Positions 17,185 to 26,419 of a DNA stretch of 64,000 bases are shown piece after piece. Origin of the DNA: Flavobacteriales bacterium (lineage in GTDB: Bacteria; Bacteroidota; Bacteroidia; Flavobacteriales_F; PHOS-HE28); the NCBI GenBank assembly GCA_020635695.1, contig JACJZH010000005.1:102708-166707 (forward strand). Direction: 5' to 3'. The position numbers were made by a program, and so were the translations under genes. Below the pieces are notes generated by a model. It worked only from the letters and a program-made list of their open reading frames with translations, was not told the DNA's origin and did no database searches. The stretch's first letter is position 1; the number at the start of each line of letters is the position of its first letter.

Positions 17185-19416
17185 ATGCCTCGCAAGAACA
17201 ACGACCAGCACGACCCCCGTCAGATCATGGAGGACGTGCTGGCCATCGTGCGTCAGGCCGGCCGGTCCGGCATCACCTCCCAGCAGATCGCCCTTCGTCT
17301 GGGGATCAAGGACAAAGGCCGGCGCTACCTGGTCTTCGATGCCCTGGACGTCCTGCTGGAGGAGGGGCGCCTGACCAGCGGAAAGAAGGGACGGTACCAC
17401 AGTCCGGATGGGGCCGGCATCCTGGCCGGGACCCTTGAGATCATCGGCAGTGGGGCGGGGTTCCTGCGCCCAGAGGAGGGTGGCCGTGACGTGTTCATCC
17501 AACAACGCGACCTGGGGCTGGCCCTTCATGGCGACCGGGTGAAGGTCAAGCTGCGGGGCGGGGGTGGCGGCAGACCGGAAGGCAAGGTGCTGGAGGTGGT
17601 GGAGCGGCGGCGCGCCTCTTACGTGGGTGTGGTACACCGGCAACAGGGGCGCCTGCTCGTGGTGATGGACGACCCGCGCATCAACAAGCCCTTCTTCGTG
17701 CCGGCAGTGGACTCTGCCAAGGCCAGGGAGGGCGACAAGGTGGTGGTGGAGCTGGGCGACTGGCGCGACCCGAGGGACCTGCCTCGCGGACGGATCGTGG
17801 ACGTGCTCGGGCGCGCGGGCGAGCACGATGTGGAGATGCACGCCATCCTGGCGGAATTCGGGCTGCCACATGACTTTCCCGAGGATGTGGTCCGGGCCGC
17901 CGGATCGATCCGGGATGACCGGGGCGGAACGGAGTACGCCAAGCGTCGTGACATGCGGGAAGTTCCGACGCTGACCATCGACCCGGAGGACGCGAAGGAC
18001 CTGGACGACGCGCTCAGCATCCGGCAGCTGGACAACGGCCTGTGGGAAGTGGGCGTACACATCGCGGACGTGTCACACTATGTGAAGCCCGGCTCCCGCG
18101 TGGACCAGGAGGCCGTTTCCCGCGCCACGTCGGTGTACCTGGTGGACCGCGTGGTGCCCATGCTTCCGGAGCGGCTCAGCAACGACCTCTGCTCGCTCAA
18201 TGCCGATGAGGACAAGCTGACGTTCTCGGCCATCTTCCACCTGGATGAGCAGGCCCGCATCAAGGACGAATGGTTCGGACGCACGGTGATCCGCTCCCGG
18301 AGACGGTTCGCCTATGCGGAGGCCAAGGAGGCCATCGATGGGGCCAAGGGCGCCCTCAGCGACGAGGTACGTGCCCTGCACGCCCTGGCCCGGGTGCTGC
18401 GGAAGGACCGGCTTTCGAAGGGCGCCCTGGAGATCGTGACCACCGAGATGAAGTTCCGCCTGGACGAGCAGGGGAAGCCGCTGGAGGTCTACGAGAAGAT
18501 CATGAACGAGGCCAACTGGCTGATCGAGGAGTTCATGCTGCTGGCCAACAAGCGTGTGGCCACCTGGGTTGCCGGGTTGAAAAAAGGGGGTGCCCATCCG
18601 TTCGTGTACCGGGTGCACGACCAGCCCGACAAGGAGCGGATCGCCCAGTTGAGGGCCCTGGCGAAGAGCTTCGGCCATTCCCTGGTGAGCAAGAAGGAGG
18701 AGGACCTGCCACACGCCATCAACCGGCTGCTGCGGGAGGTGCGCGGCACCGAGGAGGAGGGGCTGCTCACCCAGGTGGTCGTGCGCTCCATGGCCAAGGC
18801 GGTGTACACCACCGAGAACATCGGGCACTACGGGCTCTCATTCCCGTACTACACCCACTTCACCTCCCCCATCCGCCGCTACCCGGACCTGATGGTTCAC
18901 CGGGCCCTGGCGCACTACCTGGATGGTGGCGCGCCGCTGGACCGGGAGCGGATGGACGTGTTGTGCAAGCACAGCTCGAACATGGAGAAGATGGCCTCGG
19001 ACGCGGAGCGGGCCAGCATCCGGTACAAGCAGGCGGAATTCCTCCTGGAGCGGCTGGGCGAGAGCTTTGCCGGCACCATTTCCGGAATAACGGCCTGGGG
19101 GGTGTACGTGCAGTTGAACGAGAACCATTGCGAAGGCATGATCCCTCTTCGGGACATGCCCGGGGACCATTACCGGTTCGAGGAGGAGAAATACCAGCTG
19201 GTGGGCCAGCGCAGTGGCAGGGTGTTCCGGTTGGGCGATGAACTGGAGGTCACCGTCCGTTCCGTGGACATGGAACGACGTACGGTGGACCTGTTGCCCA
19301 AGGAGGATGCCGCGCAAGCGCGGGAAAGGAAGGCCCGCACGGCGTCAAGCAGAAGACAGGAGGCCTCCAAGCGCGAGCACAAGCGCCGGGCCCAGGGAAA
19401 AAGAAAGAAGCGGTAG
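17185..19416 (+). CDS. rnr: Ribonuclease R
   Basis: An N-terminal HTH and cold-shock-like domain precede an RNB catalytic domain (DPEDAKDLDDALS...). The S1 domain is GTISGITAWGVYVQL. A Lys/Arg-rich basic tail ends the protein. Confidence 0.9.
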   Translation: MPRKNNDQHDPRQIMEDVLAIVRQAGRSGITSQQIALRLGIKDKGRRYLVFDALDVLLEEGRLTSGKKGRYHSPDGAGILAGTLEIIGSGAGFLRPEEGGRDVFIQQRDLGLALHGDRVKVKLRGGGGGRPEGKVLEVVERRRASYVGVVHRQQGRLLVVMDDPRINKPFFVPAVDSAKAREGDKVVVELGDWRDPRDLPRGRIVDVLGRAGEHDVEMHAILAEFGLPHDFPEDVVRAAGSIRDDRGGTEYAKRRDMREVPTLTIDPEDAKDLDDALSIRQLDNGLWEVGVHIADVSHYVKPGSRVDQEAVSRATSVYLVDRVVPMLPERLSNDLCSLNADEDKLTFSAIFHLDEQARIKDEWFGRTVIRSRRRFAYAEAKEAIDGAKGALSDEVRALHALARVLRKDRLSKGALEIVTTEMKFRLDEQGKPLEVYEKIMNEANWLIEEFMLLANKRVATWVAGLKKGGAHPFVYRVHDQPDKERIAQLRALAKSFGHSLVSKKEEDLPHAINRLLREVRGTEEEGLLTQVVVRSMAKAVYTTENIGHYGLSFPYYTHFTSPIRRYPDLMVHRALAHYLDGGAPLDRERMDVLCKHSSNMEKMASDAERASIRYKQAEFLLERLGESFAGTISGITAWGVYVQLNENHCEGMIPLRDMPGDHYRFEEEKYQLVGQRSGRVFRLGDELEVTVRSVDMERRTVDLLPKEDAAQARERKARTASSRRQEASKREHKRRAQGKRKKR

Positions 19417-19427
19417 CCGCCGGCCGC

Positions 19428-20183
19428 TCAGACCAGGTTGAGACGACGCGCCAGCTCATCGCGATAGGACCCTCCTATCGGGATGATCTTCTTGTCGTTC
19501 TCCAGGATCAGGTTGGGCTGCTCAATGGCCAGGATCTTGTCCAGCCGAACGATGAAGGACCGGTGTACACGCAGGAACTCGTTGTCGGGCAGCTTGGCCT
19601 CGATGTCCTTCATGGTGCTGTGCACCGTGTACCGTGTGTTCAACGTGTTGATCACCACATAGTCCTTCAGCGCCTCGATGAAGTAGATGTCGCCCAACCG
19701 AAGCTTCACCAGCCGTGAATTGCTCTTCACGAACATGATGTCGCTCGCGTTCTCCTTGTTCTCGGCAAGGGAATAGAGCAGGTCCCGCTCCTTCAGCACC
19801 TCCAGCTCCTTCTTGTGCTTGTAGAGCGCCATCTCGATCGACGTGTGGATGTCGATCTCCTTGAACGGCTTGATGATGTACCCATAGGGCTGGGTGACCT
19901 TGGCCTTGTTCAACGTGCTCTCGTCCGCATAAGCGGTCAGGAAGATGACGGGAATGTTCGTCTCTGAGCGGATCTGTGTGGCCGCTTCGATCCCGTTCAT
20001 CTCGCCCTTGAGCATGATGTCCATGAGGATGATGTCCGGTTCGGACTCCAGGGCAAGCGCAACGGCTTGTTCCCCCGAGGAAGCGGCGCCCACCACATGG
20101 TAGCCGAGCTTCTTGAGACTGTGCTGGATGTCCTTGCTGACGATGCTCTCGTCCTCCACCACCAGAACGTTCGTCTGCGCCAT
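19428..20183 (-). CDS. LytTR-family response regulator
   Basis: The receiver domain is VLVVEDE...DIILMDIMLKGEMNGIEA. The C-terminal LytTR DNA-binding domain is IYFIEALKDYVVINT...VHRSFIV. Confidence 0.85.
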   Translation of the reverse strand: MAQTNVLVVEDESIVSKDIQHSLKKLGYHVVGAASSGEQAVALALESEPDIILMDIMLKGEMNGIEAATQIRSETNIPVIFLTAYADESTLNKAKVTQPYGYIIKPFKEIDIHTSIEMALYKHKKELEVLKERDLLYSLAENKENASDIMFVKSNSRLVKLRLGDIYFIEALKDYVVINTLNTRYTVHSTMKDIEAKLPDNEFLRVHRSFIVRLDKILAIEQPNLILENDKKIIPIGGSYRDELARRLNLV

Positions 20184-20193
20184 CGTCGGTGCT

Positions 20194-22407
20194 CTAATTG
20201 GACCGTTCAAAGGTAATCAAATACCCCGCCCCGGGGCCAGGTGTGCGCTCGAGGGAGCCGTCCAGTTGGTCGACCAGGGTGGATACCAACTGAAGGCCCA
20301 GATTGGCATCGCGTTCAAGGTCGAAGTCCTCGGCCATCCCCACGCCATCATCCCGGACCATCAACCCAATGGTGTCGTCCTTCAAGGAGAGCGCGATCGT
20401 GATGGTCCCCTCTCCCGTGGTCTGGAAGGCGTGCTTGAGCGCGTTGCTGATCAGCTCATTGAGGATCAACCCGCAAGGAATGGCCTGGTCAAGCCCCAGG
20501 TCCACCGGCCTCAGGTCCATTTCCAGGGCGACCCGTCCATGCAGGCTATGGCTCATCAGCAGGTTGCGGGCCAGTCCGTCGATGTACTCGGACAGGTCGA
20601 GCCCGCTGAAGTTCTTGTTCTGATAGAGGCTTTCGTGAATGAAGGCCATGGAGCGGATGCGATCCTGGCTGTCATGGAGCAGCTGCTGGACCGCGGGGTC
20701 CTCACCCACATAGGCCTTCTGGAGGTTCAGGATGCTGCTGATGATCTGCAGGTTGTTCTTCACGCGGTGGTGTACCTCCTTGAGCAGCACCTCCTTCTCG
20801 TGCAGGCTTTCCAGGAGCCGCTCCCCGGCCTCCTTCTTCGTGGTGATCTCATGACCGATGCCGAACACCTCCTCGACCCCGCCATCAGGACCCAGGACAG
20901 GGCTCAGGAAGATCTCGTTGCAGACCCGCAGTCCCTGCTGGTCCATGCGATCGGTCTCGAACCGGACCGCCTTGCCATGGAAGGCCTCCTCGTATTTGGC
21001 CTTCCAGAACTCGTGGTACTCCGGTTCGGCGAACTCCCTCCTCGGACGCTCCTGGTCGGTGTTGATCTCGGGCCGCTTTCCGTACAGCCGGAACACCATG
21101 TCGGAGTAGCCCGTGTTGAACGAGGTGAGCGCGATCCGACGGTCCACCGTCCAGAACATATGCTCCCGGCTCTTGAACAGCGCGCTCAATTTGGCCGACC
21201 GCCTTTCAGCCTCCGCCCGGGCCTGTTCGACCAGGGTGATGTCCCGAAAGATGCTCCTGGTGGCCACCACCCTTCCGTTCTTGAGCCGGACACCCGAAGT
21301 GCCCTCCAGACGGACCTTCCGGCCATCCTTGGCCCTGAACACGGTATGGATCATTCCAATGGACCTTCCGTCCAACAGGTCGTTCATGATCCGCCTGCAA
21401 TGTTCCTCTTCGGCGGGGTCCAGGACATCCCAGAGCGTCAAGGACCTCAACTCCTCGTCCGAGTACCCCATTGCTTGCTTCCATGCCCGGTTCACGTAGT
21501 GGAAACGACCATCGGGGTCCACGCTCTGGATCAGGTCCGTGGCATTCTCGAAAAGGTCCCTGTAACGTTCCTCGCTTTCGGACAGGGCTTCACGGTCACG
21601 TTTGGCAGCGGTCACATCCCGGGATACACCCATGGAGCCCACGAGGTCTCCACTCGCGTCGTACTGGCGGGAAGCAGCGAGGAACACGGTGAAGGTGTTC
21701 CCGTCACGATCCACGTTCTCGATCTCCCCGGCAAATGCCCCGTGGCGGTCCAGCTCCTGCTGCATGTGCTCGTACACGCTCTGCTCAGCGTACAGCATGC
21801 TCGAATGCCTGCCCAGCACCTCGGCCGCCTCCCATCCGAAGCGCAGCACGGCCGCTGGATTGAACTCCGTGATGCAACCCTCCTGATCGACCGCGATGAT
21901 CATGTCCAAGGAGCTGTCCACCAAGCTCCTGGCAAATCGTTCGGCCCGCTGAAGGGCCTTCTGCGTCCTCCGGTGTTCCTTGATCTCCGAACGCAGCAGA
22001 CGATTCACCTCCTCGGCGATGTGGGACCGCATGCCCTCCGCCACATGCTCTTCCGGGTCCAGGCCTACCCGAACGACGCGGACAAGGGTGCCCTGACCTT
22101 TTGGTACGGACCCGCACTCGATGAACACCTCCATCGGTTCACGGTCAGCTACGCGCATCTGCACCGGAAATGCCCCTGCGCCGGCAAGGTCCCGGACCAA
22201 CGAGCTCATCCCCGTCCACTCCCTTCCAGCCATGCGGGCCAACGGACCTTCCTCCGGCAGGCTCTGAACATCAAGGAGTTCGCACATGGCCTTGTTGCAC
22301 GAACAAGCCCCGGCAGGCGACACATGGATCAATGGCAGTGGAAATGCCTCCAACAGGCCGGCCATGGTATCGGAGACCCCGTTATCCACACCCTCCTCTC
22401 CCATCAT
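20194..22407 (-). CDS. Multi-PAS sensor histidine kinase (HisKA_2 / HATPase)
   Basis: Several PAS repeats are present. The H-box is EVHHRVKNNLQIISSILNLQ. The ATPase carries G-boxes DDGVGM and GLGLQLV. The gene overlaps the downstream response-regulator gene by 17 nt. Confidence 0.85.
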   Translation of the reverse strand: MMGEEGVDNGVSDTMAGLLEAFPLPLIHVSPAGACSCNKAMCELLDVQSLPEEGPLARMAGREWTGMSSLVRDLAGAGAFPVQMRVADREPMEVFIECGSVPKGQGTLVRVVRVGLDPEEHVAEGMRSHIAEEVNRLLRSEIKEHRRTQKALQRAERFARSLVDSSLDMIIAVDQEGCITEFNPAAVLRFGWEAAEVLGRHSSMLYAEQSVYEHMQQELDRHGAFAGEIENVDRDGNTFTVFLAASRQYDASGDLVGSMGVSRDVTAAKRDREALSESEERYRDLFENATDLIQSVDPDGRFHYVNRAWKQAMGYSDEELRSLTLWDVLDPAEEEHCRRIMNDLLDGRSIGMIHTVFRAKDGRKVRLEGTSGVRLKNGRVVATRSIFRDITLVEQARAEAERRSAKLSALFKSREHMFWTVDRRIALTSFNTGYSDMVFRLYGKRPEINTDQERPRREFAEPEYHEFWKAKYEEAFHGKAVRFETDRMDQQGLRVCNEIFLSPVLGPDGGVEEVFGIGHEITTKKEAGERLLESLHEKEVLLKEVHHRVKNNLQIISSILNLQKAYVGEDPAVQQLLHDSQDRIRSMAFIHESLYQNKNFSGLDLSEYIDGLARNLLMSHSLHGRVALEMDLRPVDLGLDQAIPCGLILNELISNALKHAFQTTGEGTITIALSLKDDTIGLMVRDDGVGMAEDFDLERDANLGLQLVSTLVDQLDGSLERTPGPGAGYLITFERSN

Positions 22408-22453
22408 GCCCCGAAGCTACGGCAGGGTCATGCTCCTTCTGTGGTCGAACGCA

Positions 22454-23992
22454 TCAGTCCGCTTCGTCCCCCGGCCGATAGGGAGGTGGCACCCGTTCCC
22501 CGTCGATCTTCATTTCGGCTCCGTCCTTGTACCGGATCACCATCGCCACATTGCCGTTCAGATCATACCAGGTCCAATCGCCTTGTTCAAGGCCCATGGT
22601 GTACCGACCATCCAACCGGAGCAGACCGTTCGGCCAGTACCACCGATGCCGACCATGTGGCTCACCTCCGATGTAGGATCCCAGGAACTGCGTTCGGCCG
22701 CTCTCATACTCCGCTTTCCACTCCCCGTCCTTGGCACCATCACGGTATGCACCCCGCTCGGTGTGGTCACCCACCTGGTAGGTCCACTCCCCTTCCCGAA
22801 GGCCATCGATGAATTCCCCCTGGACGATCACACCACCCTCTTCATCGTACTCCACGGAAGGACCATCCTCCCTGCCCTTGCGGTATCGCTCCTCCCGGTG
22901 CAGTGGTCCGGACTCATAGTACCATCGCCAACTCCCCTGGGGTTTCCCCAGCGCATAGGTGCCCTTCTGCTCCACTTTTCCACTCCGGAAGTAGTAGGTC
23001 CACTCCCCTTCGCGCACACCCTGCTCGTAGCTCCCTTCCGCACGCTTCTCACCGGAGGGATGATACTCCACCCAAGGGCCGTCCAGCATCCCGAGCTCAT
23101 TGACCCCCCCCTCGCTCAACAGCACGCCATCCCGATAGATCTTGGCACCGACCGCCTCTCCCTGCCGATCGAACTCCCGGAACAGTCCCTCCTTCCGTCC
23201 GGCTCGGGAATAACTGCCCGTGGAGGCCACCTGACCATTCGGGTGGTATGTGTTCCGGATGTCCAACATCATGGACTCGGGAGCGTCCGCATCCACCATG
23301 TCCGCGGTGTATTTCACGATCTCCGTCAGGTTGCCCCGGTTATCGTAGGACTTGAACACGCCCTGACGCTTGTCGTCCAGAAAGGGGCCCTCCCACTTCA
23401 CCCTGCCGTTGCCATGGAACTCCTTCCAAGGCCCCTGACGCAGTCCCTGCTTGTCCTTCCGGTTGATCTCCTCCCGCTTCCGCACCATGCCGGAGCGATA
23501 TTCCGTCACCGTGATCACCCTCCCGTCCGGAGCATGATCGAAACCGGTGCCTTCCTCCTTGCCTTCCACAAAGGGGACCATGCGCTTCAAGGAGCCGTCA
23601 GGATGGAAGTAGCGCGCCTCCCCCTGCTTGCGATCGCCCGAATAGGGTTCCTCGCTAAGCAGAACACCATCTGGCGAGTAGGTGCGTGTGAAGCCTTCCC
23701 GTTGATCGGACCGGTAGTCGATCTCGGTGGTCAGATGACCCTCTGGATCATAGAACCTCCAGGTGCTGTCCAGCTGGAAGCGAAGCCGGTTCCCTTCGCT
23801 CCGCAACGTACCATCCTCATAGTAGGTCCTCCAATACCCTTCCGGCTTTCCATTGACCAGATGACCCTCACTGCTCACCTGCCCGTTCGGGTGATGGAAC
23901 CGTTCGTATCCGTCCTCATCACCACCCTGGGCCCTAACGGCCAGGCCGACCAGGATCGGCATCAGGACCAACAGGCACCTATACCAATTCAT
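22454..23992 (-). CDS. Secreted MORN/YwqK-type repeat protein
   Basis: A signal peptide MNWYRCLLVLMPILVGLAVRAQ is present. About 15 repeats follow of the form G.W..YY.(N/D)G.L..EG.Y..GK.EG.W, which matches MORN_2 / YwqK. Confidence 0.75.
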   Translation of the reverse strand: MNWYRCLLVLMPILVGLAVRAQGGDEDGYERFHHPNGQVSSEGHLVNGKPEGYWRTYYEDGTLRSEGNRLRFQLDSTWRFYDPEGHLTTEIDYRSDQREGFTRTYSPDGVLLSEEPYSGDRKQGEARYFHPDGSLKRMVPFVEGKEEGTGFDHAPDGRVITVTEYRSGMVRKREEINRKDKQGLRQGPWKEFHGNGRVKWEGPFLDDKRQGVFKSYDNRGNLTEIVKYTADMVDADAPESMMLDIRNTYHPNGQVASTGSYSRAGRKEGLFREFDRQGEAVGAKIYRDGVLLSEGGVNELGMLDGPWVEYHPSGEKRAEGSYEQGVREGEWTYYFRSGKVEQKGTYALGKPQGSWRWYYESGPLHREERYRKGREDGPSVEYDEEGGVIVQGEFIDGLREGEWTYQVGDHTERGAYRDGAKDGEWKAEYESGRTQFLGSYIGGEPHGRHRWYWPNGLLRLDGRYTMGLEQGDWTWYDLNGNVAMVIRYKDGAEMKIDGERVPPPYRPGDEAD

Positions 23993-24417
23993 TTAAAGGT
24001 TATTGATGATATAGTAAGGGCTGTTGATCGTGTGGGGATCGAAAGGCCTGGATGCTTGCGGGGGTCGGATATCAAAAGTAACCAACACTCGATCGACGAT
24101 CCGCCATCAGCGATCCTTCAGACAAGGCCGCGTCGTGCATGAACATCGGCATACCCTGTCAACGATCGTTCATGGACGATCGTTTTACTCCGGGTTGGAT
24201 CTTTACGGGGTGGTCCTGGTCCATCGATCGTTCACGGAGCGTGGGCTTTCGGGGATAACCTGGGCTTGACATTGAGCTGGGGAACCTTAAGGGGGGTGTT
24301 GATGGATCGTGGGATCCCCGTTCTACCATCCGGTTATCCACGATCATTCACGGTGATCCACGATCCGATCGTGAACAGCTTCCGCGACGGGTATCTTTGA
24401 AGGCAAGTACCAGTATC

Positions 24418-24852
24418 ATGCGGATAGCCATAGGCAGCGATCATGCAGGACATTCCCTGAAGCAGCATCTGATCGAGCACCTCGGCAGGAAGGGGGTCCA
24501 TGTACGGGACTTCGGTACGGACAGTACCGAGAGCATGGACTATCCGGATACGGCGCATCCTGTTGCAGAGGCCGTGGGAACGGGTGACTCGGATCTCGGG
24601 GTGGTGATCTGCGGTAGCGGCAACGGAGTGAACATGACGGCGAACAAGCATCCGGGGATCCGATCGGCCCTGGCATGGAACCCTGAGATCGCCGCTCTCG
24701 CCCGCCAACACAACAATGCCAACGTGCTTGCCTTGCCTGCCAGGTTCATTGATGATGATGAGGCGGTCCAGATCCTCGATGCCTTCCTGGCCGCTTCGTT
24801 CGAGGGGGGACGTCATCAGCGGCGTGTGGAGAAGATCGCTTGTAAACCCTGA
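24418..24852 (+). CDS. rpiB: Ribose-5-phosphate isomerase B
   Basis: MRIAIGSDHAGHSLK...GVVICGSGNGVNMTANK is a RpiB/LacAB signature. Confidence 0.9.
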   Translation: MRIAIGSDHAGHSLKQHLIEHLGRKGVHVRDFGTDSTESMDYPDTAHPVAEAVGTGDSDLGVVICGSGNGVNMTANKHPGIRSALAWNPEIAALARQHNNANVLALPARFIDDDEAVQILDAFLAASFEGGRHQRRVEKIACKP

Positions 24853-24865
24853 ACCAAGATCGGTC

Positions 24866-26419
24866 ATGCGGACCACCACGACACTGTTCATCCTGCTCAT
24901 GATCAACTGGGCAATGGCCCAGCAGGACAGTATTCAGTTGCGCTATGCGGCCACCATCACCGAAGCGGACCTGAAGAGGCATCTGAGCGTATTGGCCAGC
25001 GATGCCTACGAAGGAAGGGAGGCGGGCATGAAGGGCCAGAAAATGGCGGCCGACTATCTGCGCAACTCCTTCCAGGAATTCGGCATCGGTCCGCTTGCTG
25101 AGCAGGATGGGGTCGTTGAAGGCTACTATCAGCCCTTCGATCTCACCGTGACCACCCCGGGATCGATGAGCTTGGTGCTGGACGGTGTGAGGCACGACTA
25201 TCTCGGAGACCTCATCTATTTCTCCGAGCGCCTGGTCAATGACACCGCGTTCGAGGAACTTGTTGTGGCAGGGCCTGTGGTGGATGCGCAGGGAAAGGCC
25301 CACTTGAATGGATCATCCGTGGCTGGACGGGCGGTGATGCTGCTCGGGGGCATCCGCGATGCGGAGGGGTCTTCCGAGCAATTCTCCTTCTTCCAGGAAC
25401 TGTCCTTGAAGAGCAAGCGCATGGAGGCTGAAGGGGCTTCCCTGCTGCTCGTGGTCACGCCGGAACTGGACAGCCTGAAGGAGCAGATGGGGCACTATTT
25501 GACGAACCCGAGGATGAGACTCGCGGGGGAAGAGCCCAGAGGCTCCACAGGTCTGCAGACCATCCTGATCAGCGAGGAACTGGCGGACGCCATGCTACGG
25601 AATGGGAGGACCACCTTGAAGAAGGCCCGGAAAAGGACCGCCAGGACGCCGAAGACCATTCCTACGCGGTTCGACGTGGTCTTGGAACCCAAGATCGGAA
25701 CCTTGGTCAGCGAGAACGTACTGGGCTATGTCCCGGGCACCGAACGGCCTGGTGAACTGGTGGTGGTCACCGCTCACTATGACCACATCGGAGTTCATGG
25801 TGATGAGGTGTACAATGGCGCGGATGATGATGGATCGGGTACCGTGGCCCTCCTGGAGATGGCCCAGGCCTTTGCCCAGGCGGCCAAGGATGGGCATGGC
25901 CCTCGCCGGAGCGTGCTCTTCATGCCCGTGAGCGCGGAGGAGAAGGGCCTGTTGGGGAGCCGGTTCTATACCGACCATCCCGTGTTTCCGCTGGACAGCA
26001 CGGTGGCGGACCTCAACATCGACATGATCGGTCGCTTCGACTCCAGCCATGTGGGCAGTGATCCCTATGTGTACATCATTGGCAGCGACAGGCTGAGCAC
26101 GGAGCTGCATGAGGTGAACGAGGCCATGAACAAGGTCTATACAGGTCTTGATCTGGACTATACCTTCAATGCCGAGGACGACCCGAACAGGTTCTACTAC
26201 CGGAGCGATCACTACAATTTCGCGAAGCACGGTGTTCCCTGCATCTTCTACTTCAGTGGTGTGCACGAGGACTACCACCAGGTGGGTGACGAGGAGCACA
26301 AGATCCGGTATGACCTGCTACGCCAACGCACCCTGCTGGTCTTCCATACCGCCTGGGAGTTGGCGAACCGCCCCGGACGAGTGAAGGTGGACGTTGGTGT
26401 GGGGGAGGATGGGCCCTGA
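24866..26419 (+). CDS. M28-family zinc peptidase with PA domain (second paralog)
   Basis: A signal peptide MRTTTTLFILLMINWAMAQ is present. M28 motifs HYDHIG, GADDDGSGT, SAEEKGLLGS, NIDMIG and YRSDHYNF follow. Confidence 0.85.
   Translation: MRTTTTLFILLMINWAMAQQDSIQLRYAATITEADLKRHLSVLASDAYEGREAGMKGQKMAADYLRNSFQEFGIGPLAEQDGVVEGYYQPFDLTVTTPGSMSLVLDGVRHDYLGDLIYFSERLVNDTAFEELVVAGPVVDAQGKAHLNGSSVAGRAVMLLGGIRDAEGSSEQFSFFQELSLKSKRMEAEGASLLLVVTPELDSLKEQMGHYLTNPRMRLAGEEPRGSTGLQTILISEELADAMLRNGRTTLKKARKRTARTPKTIPTRFDVVLEPKIGTLVSENVLGYVPGTERPGELVVVTAHYDHIGVHGDEVYNGADDDGSGTVALLEMAQAFAQAAKDGHGPRRSVLFMPVSAEEKGLLGSRFYTDHPVFPLDSTVADLNIDMIGRFDSSHVGSDPYVYIIGSDRLSTELHEVNEAMNKVYTGLDLDYTFNAEDDPNRFYYRSDHYNFAKHGVPCIFYFSGVHEDYHQVGDEEHKIRYDLLRQRTLLVFHTAWELANRPGRVKVDVGVGEDGP

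Noticed and set aside
16316-18060. ORFs 16316..17374 (+) and 16960..18060 (-)
   Set aside because: They are antisense to prs and rnr respectively, both of which have canonical housekeeping signatures.
20113-24142. ORFs 20113..22812 (+) and 22286..24142 (+), each over 600 aa
   Set aside because: They are antisense to the PAS histidine kinase and the MORN-repeat gene. Neither has a signal, a motif or sensible composition.
23993-24417. Possible chromosomal origin of replication (DnaA-box-like TTATCCAC, GATC cluster)
   Set aside because: Only two degenerate boxes were found. No dnaA, dnaN or other origin-flanking genes are nearby. The neighbours are a MORN exoprotein gene and rpiB. This is kept only as a low-probability alternative within the finding, not called as a feature.
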